A stretch of DNA of 32,000 nucleotides from Candidatus Nanosynbacter sp. BB002 (GTDB lineage Bacteria > Patescibacteriota > Saccharimonadia > Saccharimonadales > Saccharimonadaceae): assembly GCF_037013405.1 (NCBI RefSeq), contig NZ_CP146064.1:660001-692000 (forward strand), in the 5' to 3' direction. Positions within the stretch are counted from its first letter, which is position 1. Each line of letters opens with the position of its first letter. This document shows, one piece after another, positions 26,223 through 32,000 of the stretch. Both the position numbers and the translations under genes were made by a program. The notes beneath the pieces were generated by a model. The model was not told where the DNA came from. It saw only the letters and a list, made by a program, of their open reading frames with translations, and ran no database searches.

Positions 26223-26500
26223 TGCAGATAACAATTATCAAGAAAAACAATCACCGAGGCACCGAACCATTCGATCCAGAAAAGCTGCACCGCTCAATTG
26301 TTAAAACCTGCTGCAGTGTTCGCGTGCCAGACGGACAAGCAGAAGACATCGCAGCACAAGTAACCTTTCAAGTGATTGACTGGTGCAAAGAAAAGCCAGA
26401 AATAACCGCAAACGACATACGGCGGACCGCAACAACTTTCCTTGAACCTCTGCACTCTGACGCCGCGTACATGTATAAAAATGACAAACTTATGATATAA
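26222..26500 (+). CDS. Stand-alone ATP-cone domain protein (about 92 aa)
   Basis: MQITIIKKNNHRGTEPFDPEKLHRSIVKTC....AEDIAAQVTFQVIDW...EITANDIRRTATTFLEPLHSDAAYMY matches the ATP-cone pattern (V.KRdG..E.Fd..Ki..si..a....a..ia..V......eI....I.d.v...L.....A..Y). The start could instead be at 26216. Confidence 0.6.
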   Translation: MQITIIKKNNHRGTEPFDPEKLHRSIVKTCCSVRVPDGQAEDIAAQVTFQVIDWCKEKPEITANDIRRTATTFLEPLHSDAAYMYKNDKLMI

Positions 26501-26514
26501 ACTAGGGGGCAACC

Positions 26515-27888
26515 ATGGCACAAAAACCAACATTTGATTATGATATTATCGTCATCGGCAGCGGGGCGGCGGGAGCTCCGGCGGCCAGTATCTTAGCCCG
26601 TGCTGGCAAAAAAGTTGCCGTCGTCGAACGGGGAACCTTTGGTGGAGAATCTCCCAACTGGGGTGATATGCCGCTGGGTGCCATGCTGTATGCCGCCGAA
26701 GTATTTTACAACGCCAAACGCGCTGCCAAATTTGGCCTACGAACCAACGCGCTCAACTACAATCACCCGTCTCTCCTGTCCTGGCGAGACACCGTCATCA
26801 AACGCACTGGCGCAGGCGGTAATCGTTATTATTATGAAAAACAAGGCATTAGCGTCTTCTCTGGCAACGCTCATTTTCTCAGCCCTAATGAAATCACTGT
26901 CAATCGTCGCCATTTGTCAGCCCGCAAATTCTTGATCGCCACGGGAGCAACCTGGGAGAAGTCAACCATTCCTGGTAGCGACAAAATCCCTTACTTAACA
27001 CCAGAAAACATCTTGTCATTGACCCGCCCACCGAAAACCTTGTTCATTGTTGGCGGCAACGCCACTGCCATGGAAATTGCCTACTTGTACGCCTCATTTG
27101 GTACCAAAGTCTACGTTGCGGAAAAAGCCAATCGAATTTTGCCAGAGTTTGATATTGAAGTTGGACCAATCGTCGCAGAAGACGCAAAAGTTAGCCGTAA
27201 TATGACCATTTTGACACGATCTCGCGTGGTTGCCCTACAAAAAGAGGGACTGCAAAAGCGCGTCACTTACATTCAGGGGCGACAACAAAAATCAGTTCGC
27301 GTTGATGAAATCTTGGTGGCAGAGCAACGCGTCCCGCAGACTGACATGGGACTGGAAAACGCTGGCGTCGCCTACACCCACCAGGGCATCACCGTCAATG
27401 CTCGCATGCAAACCTCAGCACGGCATATTTTTGCTGCCGGCAATATCACCGATCCAACCATCCAAACCCACGCAGTTCTGACACAAAGTCGAACTGCTGC
27501 TCATAACCTGACCCACCGTACCGCCATCGAAGCCGACCTAACGCCAAACTTACTGGTGGCGTTCACGTTCCCTGAAGTTGCTCAGGTTGGATTGAATGAA
27601 CAGGAATGCATCAAACGCGACCTACGCTACAAAACAGCTGTCGCTCCGCTGACTTTGACGGCTCGCAGCAATATCACCGACTGCCGCAATGGCTTTGTTA
27701 AATTGATCGTTGACACCAAAGGCGTGCTCATCGGCGCAGCCATCGTTGCGCCGCACGCCAGCGACCTCATCAGTGAACTCAGCATCGCCGTCCACCATCG
27801 CCTGACCGCCAAACAGCTCATCAGCACACCAAGCTGCTTCACTTCCTGGTCAGAAGCGACGCGAATTGCCGCTGGTAAATTACTATAA
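26515..27888 (+). CDS. Dihydrolipoamide dehydrogenase-like FAD/NAD(P) pyridine-nucleotide-disulfide oxidoreductase homologue lacking the redox-active cysteines
   Basis: The FAD motif is YDIIVIGSGAAGAPAA...VAVVERGTFGG. The canonical GGTCLNVGCIPSK is replaced by GGESPNWGDMPLG (C to S and C to D). The second dinucleotide motif is degenerate (IVGGNATAME). The C-terminal dimerisation domain is present, but the HPxxSE His-Glu dyad region reads PSCFTSWSEA. Confidence 0.8.
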   Translation: MAQKPTFDYDIIVIGSGAAGAPAASILARAGKKVAVVERGTFGGESPNWGDMPLGAMLYAAEVFYNAKRAAKFGLRTNALNYNHPSLLSWRDTVIKRTGAGGNRYYYEKQGISVFSGNAHFLSPNEITVNRRHLSARKFLIATGATWEKSTIPGSDKIPYLTPENILSLTRPPKTLFIVGGNATAMEIAYLYASFGTKVYVAEKANRILPEFDIEVGPIVAEDAKVSRNMTILTRSRVVALQKEGLQKRVTYIQGRQQKSVRVDEILVAEQRVPQTDMGLENAGVAYTHQGITVNARMQTSARHIFAAGNITDPTIQTHAVLTQSRTAAHNLTHRTAIEADLTPNLLVAFTFPEVAQVGLNEQECIKRDLRYKTAVAPLTLTARSNITDCRNGFVKLIVDTKGVLIGAAIVAPHASDLISELSIAVHHRLTAKQLISTPSCFTSWSEATRIAAGKLL

Positions 27889-27922
27889 TTTATCCCCGAA
27901 GCTATGATATACTGAACTGAGC

Positions 27923-27998
27923 GGGGGCGTAGCTCAGGGGTTAGAGCAGTCGGCTCATAACCGATTGGTCGCTGGTTCGATCCCAGCCGCCCCCACCA
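27923..27998 (+). tRNA. tRNA with CAT anticodon (elongator Met or Ile2/lysidine type)
   Basis: GGGGGCGTAGCTCAGGGGTTAGAGCAGTCGGCTCATAACCGATTGGTCGCTGGTTCGATCCCAGCCGCCCCCACCA. It has a fully paired acceptor stem, the anticodon loop CTCATAA and an encoded CCA. Confidence 0.88.
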
Positions 27999-28004
27999 AA
28001 CATC

Positions 28005-28445
28005 ATGATGATAAAAAAACTCGACAAACACGAACTAAGACGACTTATCTATCACATCCGCCACGATTATTTGACGCTCAACAACGTCATCATCGCTGGA
28101 GCGGTTTTGATAGCACTCAGCTGGGCCTGGGGTTCGGTTGAGGCTATGCAGAGAAATTATCATTTACAGCAGCTGCTGGACAATAAAAAGCAGCAAGTCG
28201 AGTTAGAAACCTTAAAGGTCTCTTTGGCTGAGTATGAAGCCAAGTACTACCAGACTGTTGAGTACCAAGACTTAGCAGTTCGCCAGCGGTTGGGTCATGG
28301 ATCACCAGGTGAAAAACAGCTGATCGTGCCATCAACTGATGTTGAAACTGAGAAAGCTGCCACAGTTTCCAAACAACAATTAACCGAAAGCAACCTCCAA
28401 CAATGGACTAATTTCCTGTTTGGAGCCAACCGCAAAAGCCCATAG
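28005..28445 (+). CDS. FtsB/DivIC-like septum formation initiator (146 aa)
   Basis: It has a single TM helix (VIIAGAVLIALSWAWG), a coiled coil (LQQLLDNKKQQVELETLKVSLAEYEAKYY) and the typical ..EYQDLAVRQRLGHGSPGEKQLIV motif. Confidence 0.55.
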   Translation: MMIKKLDKHELRRLIYHIRHDYLTLNNVIIAGAVLIALSWAWGSVEAMQRNYHLQQLLDNKKQQVELETLKVSLAEYEAKYYQTVEYQDLAVRQRLGHGSPGEKQLIVPSTDVETEKAATVSKQQLTESNLQQWTNFLFGANRKSP

Positions 28446-28497
28446 GGCTGACTATATTTGCCAATCATCCTTGTCTATGCTACAATCATCTATGTGC

Positions 28498-28574
28498 CGC
28501 GGGGTAGAGCAGCCTGGTAGCTCGTTTGGCTCATAACCAAAAGGTCGTAGGTTCAAATCCTACCCCCGCAACCA
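28498..28574 (+). tRNA. Initiator tRNA-fMet (CAT)
   Basis: CGCGGGGTAGAGCAGCCTGGTAGCTCGTTTGGCTCATAACCAAAAGGTCGTAGGTTCAAATCCTACCCCCGCAACCA. It shows the C1xA72 mismatch and an overall close resemblance to bacterial tRNA-fMet. The anticodon stem has only two G:C pairs next to the loop. Confidence 0.88.
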
Positions 28575-28581
28575 AGAAAAG

Positions 28582-28609
28582 ATCCTCTCATTACTGAGGG
28601 GATTTTTTT
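28582..28609. terminator. Bidirectional rho-independent terminator (after tRNA-fMet and the convergent 179-aa gene)
   Basis: The hairpin ATCCTCTCA-ttac-TGAGGGGAT has 9 bp including one G:U pair. It is followed by TTTTTTT on the plus strand and by CTTTTCTT on the minus strand. Confidence 0.75.
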
Positions 28610-28615
28610 CTTGCC

Positions 28616-29155
28616 TTATTGCTTCGGCAGCCTACCTGGTCGTAGATTATCGTCACAATAATGCTTATTGCCTGGCTTTTCAACTCTGCGTGAAAACCGT
28701 TGTCTCGTGCTATTACCCGGCTTGCCCGTCTTTGACAGTGCATCAACCAATGCCACCGGGCCCATCACACAAAAATCTTTTAGTGGGCAAGCCCGGCAGG
28801 CTATCCTAGCAAGCTCCAGCGCTTTCTGCCGTTCAGCGATGCTTCTTTCAGCAGCCTCAGCCGCACCCCTGATCTTATCAGCCCTGCCCATATCGTGCAT
28901 CTTTCCCGCACCCCGAGACCGGTTGGCAGCACCAGCCAGCTGCGCAGTCTTTGCTAATAGCTTATTTCTTCCAGTAAAATTACCAGAGTGCGCTCGTTGT
29001 AGGTGTTCGTCATAACGCTGCTCAGCCGCACGATCAGCCTCTTCCTGGTCTAGCCTTGCCTGCAGCTCATCTGGATCAACATCAAGGTCTCCCCCGGGGT
29101 ATACGACATCCCCTTCATCAGTTATAGCAACATGAGATGTCATAATTTCGCTCAT
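28616..29155 (-). CDS. Hypothetical protein (179 aa) with a C-x2-C-x5-C cysteine cluster
   Basis: It has an acidic N-terminus, an Ala/Arg-rich helical middle and IACRACPLKDFCVMGP (28769-28798), plus a fourth Cys in HYCDDN. TGATATAAT lies 6 nt upstream of the ATG. Confidence 0.6.
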   Translation of the reverse strand: MSEIMTSHVAITDEGDVVYPGGDLDVDPDELQARLDQEEADRAAEQRYDEHLQRAHSGNFTGRNKLLAKTAQLAGAANRSRGAGKMHDMGRADKIRGAAEAAERSIAERQKALELARIACRACPLKDFCVMGPVALVDALSKTGKPGNSTRQRFSRRVEKPGNKHYCDDNLRPGRLPKQ

Positions 29156-29180
29156 GATTTTATTATATCATAATATATCT

Positions 29181-29214
29181 AAAAAATCAAATAGCTCCCC
29201 TTTTGGAGAGCTAT
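29181..29214 (-). terminator. Rho-independent terminator after the 68-aa gene
   Basis: The minus strand reads ATAGCTCTCC-aaaa-GGGGAGCTAT (10 bp, one G:U pair), followed by TTTGATTTTTT. Confidence 0.75.
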
Positions 29215-29238
29215 TGTATTGATTGCGAGTATTGCTAA

Positions 29239-29445
29239 TTATTTCTTTTTAGAAATGGTCAAGAAACCGTTGCGTGGATTTTCTTTAACAACACGGTCCT
29301 CTGGAAGATCGCATGGTGTGCCCTTGTCGTTCTTCTCTACCTTTGCAAAGAAGTAGATGGTCTGAGTCTTGCCGCCGCGCAGAGTTACTTCAGTCTTGTG
29401 CAAGTAGTACGTAACGCCCTTTGAGTTAGTGTGCTTGTAAGCCAT
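29239..29445 (-). CDS. Small conserved-looking hypothetical protein (68 aa)
   Basis: A perfect AGGAGG lies 8 nt upstream of the ATG, and the gene has its own terminator. The beta-rich sequence is MAYKHTNSKGVTYYLHKTEVTLRGGKTQTIYFFAKVEK... Confidence 0.65.
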   Translation of the reverse strand: MAYKHTNSKGVTYYLHKTEVTLRGGKTQTIYFFAKVEKNDKGTPCDLPEDRVVKENPRNGFLTISKKK

Positions 29446-29510
29446 GTGGTAATACCTCCTATTAGTACTTTACCTTATAAGATTACTACCCCTGTTGGCC
29501 CCTGTCAAGC

Positions 29511-30158
29511 CTAAAAACGCTTTCGGCGGCGTAAAATAAAGCGAAGAATAGCCAAGACCACGAGTCGACCTATGATGATAAGACCGATTATTACCGTGAC
29601 AATCAACGACCAACCAGCAAAATCTGGTGACCAGAGGGGCGAGGTAAAGGTGTGGTAATACGGCTCAACCGGTAACGGCTTAAACTCACTCATCACCGCT
29701 TGTCCGCCAGGAATTTTTTCTAATTCTTGGTTGATGCAATTTGTATAGCGCATATCCGGCCAACGCCAGCCATTGGACCGCGCGATCGGCCCACAAACAG
29801 CCTCAGCCTTTTGAAATACATCACCATTGGCAGTGCTATTGGTACTTTCTTGATAGGCTTTTTTATGCCGCTCATTGTCTCGTTCATACGTCTTAACCAA
29901 TGCAACTCTGCCAGGATCGGCATTCATGTGAGTGCTTACAAACCTCTGTAGATCATACAATCGGCTCGCCAGCCCAACCGAATCGTCCGTCTTGTCTGCA
30001 GCGTACACCGCTTCACGACGTTCCACCATGCCAACATTATTGAGCCGCAGGAATGTTGCTGTGATGAAAGCAAACATGACAAACAAAATCAACAGCTGCC
30101 ATGTTTTGATCTGCTCGAGTCGACGAATTTTGAATCGGACGTTGCGTTTATCTGTCAT
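29511..30158 (-). CDS. Hypothetical bitopic membrane protein (215 aa) with N- and C-terminal TM helices
   Basis: I place the start at MTDKRNV (ATG 30156-30158), which is preceded by AAGGGGTGGA. The TM helices are WQLLILFVMFAFITATFL and WSLIVTVIIGLIIIGRLVVLAIL. I recognise no family. Confidence 0.65.
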   Translation of the reverse strand: MTDKRNVRFKIRRLEQIKTWQLLILFVMFAFITATFLRLNNVGMVERREAVYAADKTDDSVGLASRLYDLQRFVSTHMNADPGRVALVKTYERDNERHKKAYQESTNSTANGDVFQKAEAVCGPIARSNGWRWPDMRYTNCINQELEKIPGGQAVMSEFKPLPVEPYYHTFTSPLWSPDFAGWSLIVTVIIGLIIIGRLVVLAILRFILRRRKRF

Positions 30159-30230
30159 TCCACCCCTTCTTGATCTAGTTTTAGTATAGCACACATGCCG
30201 AGCGGCGGGCGAGAGTGGTATAATAAAGCC

Positions 30231-31493
30231 ATGCGAATTTATTTTTCAGGAATCGGTGGCGTCGGTATAGGACCATTGGCTGAGATTGCTCATGACGCAG
30301 GGTATGACGTCTGTGGCTCAGACCGATCAGCCAGTCCACTGACCGCGGCTTTGATGGAACGCGGCATTCACGTTGCCCTTGATCAATCAGGGACTTTTTT
30401 GCAGGAAGAGCATGACAAACAGCCGTTTGATTGGTTTGTCTATACCGCAGCGCTGCCAGCAGATCACCCTGAGTTAGTACTTGCTCACCAGCTCGGCATC
30501 AAAACCGGCAAACGCGATGAATTATTGGCACACATCATATCTGATAAAAACCTAAAGCTCGTGGCTGTCGCTGGTACCCACGGCAAAACCACTACCACTA
30601 GTATGATTGTGTGGACACTGCAACAGTTAGGGATTCCAGTCAGTTATTCGATCGGCTCAACCTTGAGCTTTGGACCAAGTGGCAAGTTTGACCCAACTAG
30701 TCAATTTTTTATTTACGAGTGTGACGAATTTGACCGGAACTTCTTGAATTTCAAACCATGGCTGAGCCTCATCACTTCAGTTGACTATGACCACCCTGAC
30801 ACCTACCCAACGGAAGCTGATTATCTGGCAGCTTTCCGCACCTTTGGTAGGCAGTCTGAAAGTGTCGTCACCTGGCAGGAAGCTGCTGCGTTTTTTGATG
30901 ATGGCAATGTACAAGTGCTGACCGAATATCACCCAGATATCCACTTGACTGGTGAGCACAATCGGCGCAACGGTATGCTGGCCTTAGAAGCAGTCAAGCA
31001 CATGACAGAAATTGATGAAGTAACCATCATCACCAGCATCAACCAATTCCCTGGCGCTGGTCGCAGATTTGAGAAATTGGCCGAGGGGCTGTATTCAGAT
31101 TATGGTCACCACCCAGTGGAAATCAAAGCTACCCTGCAACTGGCGCAAGAACTATCGGACCACGTGGTACTAGTGTATCAACCGCATCAAAATGTTCGTC
31201 AGCACGAAATCATGACGCAATATACGGCAGATGTCTTTGAGGCCGCTGAGACGATCTATTGGCTACCAACCTATTTGACCCGCGAAAATCCAGACTTGCC
31301 AGTTTTAACACCGCAAGAATTAACACGCCACATCGTTGCTTCGCGCCCTGACGTTGTAACGTTTGCCGAGCTGGATGATGCGCTGTGGGATCACATCACT
31401 GCTTCGCTCGATACTGGAAAATTAGTCTTATGTATGGGCGCCGGAACTATTGATCATTGGGTGCGACAACGCGCCACCACGCTGGACGCTTAG
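30231..31493 (+). CDS. murC: Mur ligase family protein, most like UDP-N-acetylmuramate--L-alanine ligase (MurC); Mpl not excluded
   Basis: MRIYFSGIGGVGIGPLAEIAHDAGYDVCGSD forms the N-terminal Rossmann fold. The ATP site is AVAGTHGKTTTTSMIVW. Further motifs are ..YECDEFDRNF.., ..GEHNRRNG.. and a C-terminal domain. I place the start at 30231, preceded by TGGTATAAT plus 6 nt. Confidence 0.75.
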   Translation: MRIYFSGIGGVGIGPLAEIAHDAGYDVCGSDRSASPLTAALMERGIHVALDQSGTFLQEEHDKQPFDWFVYTAALPADHPELVLAHQLGIKTGKRDELLAHIISDKNLKLVAVAGTHGKTTTTSMIVWTLQQLGIPVSYSIGSTLSFGPSGKFDPTSQFFIYECDEFDRNFLNFKPWLSLITSVDYDHPDTYPTEADYLAAFRTFGRQSESVVTWQEAAAFFDDGNVQVLTEYHPDIHLTGEHNRRNGMLALEAVKHMTEIDEVTIITSINQFPGAGRRFEKLAEGLYSDYGHHPVEIKATLQLAQELSDHVVLVYQPHQNVRQHEIMTQYTADVFEAAETIYWLPTYLTRENPDLPVLTPQELTRHIVASRPDVVTFAELDDALWDHITASLDTGKLVLCMGAGTIDHWVRQRATTLDA

Positions 31494-31834
31494 CGATTAT
31501 CACCGCTGCCGTGTAGCTGATGACGCTGCTTGCGGCTCAACAGTTTCTCGTTGTTCATCCGCGCTACGTCTTCCAGACTCGAGCCCAACAAATGCGCTAC
31601 CGCATTGACATACCACAAGATATCCCCCAACTCTTTGAGGATATCTACCTTGTCTGACTCCTCAAGGCTTCCCTGCTTGTCACGCAGTAACTTTTTGATT
31701 TTTTCAACTACCTCACCAGATTCACCAGCTAGCCCCAATACCTGACCCATTAATTGCGGGCTGATGTCACCGTATGCGTAGTTATCTGATAATGTGGTGA
31801 TGGCCTGATCTGCATAGTCTTGTATATTCATCAT
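31490..31834 (-). CDS. MazG-like nucleoside triphosphate pyrophosphohydrolase (about 114 aa)
   Basis: GLAGESGEVVEKIKKLLRD...LKELGDILWYVNAVAHLLGSSLEDVARMNNEKL matches the all-alpha MazG/NTP-PPase pattern (E.GE..e..KK......e..lEeLGDvLwyl). I place the start at MMNIQ, which is preceded by AGGAGG. Confidence 0.72.
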   Translation of the reverse strand: MMNIQDYADQAITTLSDNYAYGDISPQLMGQVLGLAGESGEVVEKIKKLLRDKQGSLEESDKVDILKELGDILWYVNAVAHLLGSSLEDVARMNNEKLLSRKQRHQLHGSGDNR

Positions 31835-31845
31835 CTCTCCTCCTA

Positions 31846-32000
31846 TCATTTGCCTGCCGAAAACTCACTCGCAGGTACTAATTCCCATTCGTCTAAAAAC
31901 CTGTCAAACAATGACAAATAGCTCGCTCGTGTATTATCCCAGATTTGTTCAGACGGTAGCGCCGCTATGTCGTCTCGTGTCAGCCACCGCACATCCGTCG
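31846..32000 (-). CDS. C-terminal 50 aa of an unidentified protein; the gene continues past the right edge
   Basis: My own translation of the minus strand gives ..TDVRWLTRDDIAALPSEQIWDNTRASYLSLFDRFLDEWELVPASEFSAGK*. The stop TGA overlaps the first in-frame ATG of the downstream ORF (ATGA). Confidence 0.45.
   Translation of the reverse strand, partial: TDVRWLTRDDIAALPSEQIWDNTRASYLSLFDRFLDEWELVPASEFSAGK

Noticed and set aside
27627-28031. A 134-aa minus-strand ORF.
   Set aside because: It overlaps the 3' end of the flavoprotein gene and runs straight through the tRNA at 27923-27998. It is an antisense artefact.

Overview
The window is about 50% GC and is tightly packed. Nearly all genes from 1 to 24,954 lie on the minus strand, followed by a mixed-strand block. 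Gene content suggests a small-genome, Gram-positive-type bacterium. My guess, by inference only, is Candidatus Saccharibacteria (TM7) or a related Patescibacteria lineage.

Confidently recognised genes are comEC (5' part), dnaJ, dnaK, grpE, hrcA, a guanylate-kinase-like gene, an NT5C-type deoxyribonucleotidase, lepA, murJ, ftsH, tilS, a Mur ligase and a MazG-like NTP pyrophosphatase. There are four tRNAs: Lys-TTT and three with a CAT anticodon, one of them initiator-type. Four CIRCE operators are present. Two paralogous Asp-box beta-propeller surface proteins end in LADTG sorting signals.

The most unusual observations are:
1. lepA (EF4) is cleanly split between domain II and domain III by a lower-GC insert of about 1.47 kb. 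The insert carries two co-oriented ORFs of unknown function, and related junction sequences sit in front of each inserted ORF.
2. The canonical hrcA-grpE-dnaK-dnaJ operon is broken into three separately CIRCE-controlled units by inserted accessory genes. These are a 1105-aa GH16/propeller/stalk surface protein, a degenerate Hanks-type kinase and an orphan ORF.
3. A low-GC orphan gene for a 495-aa glycine-zipper membrane protein starts 1 nt after the CCA end of tRNA-Lys.
4. A plus-strand operon encodes a membrane protein, a stand-alone ATP-cone protein and a dihydrolipoamide-dehydrogenase-like flavoprotein that has lost both redox cysteines.

I saw no transposase, integrase, CRISPR array or rRNA. 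All functional calls rest on my reading of the translated ORFs. No database search was run.
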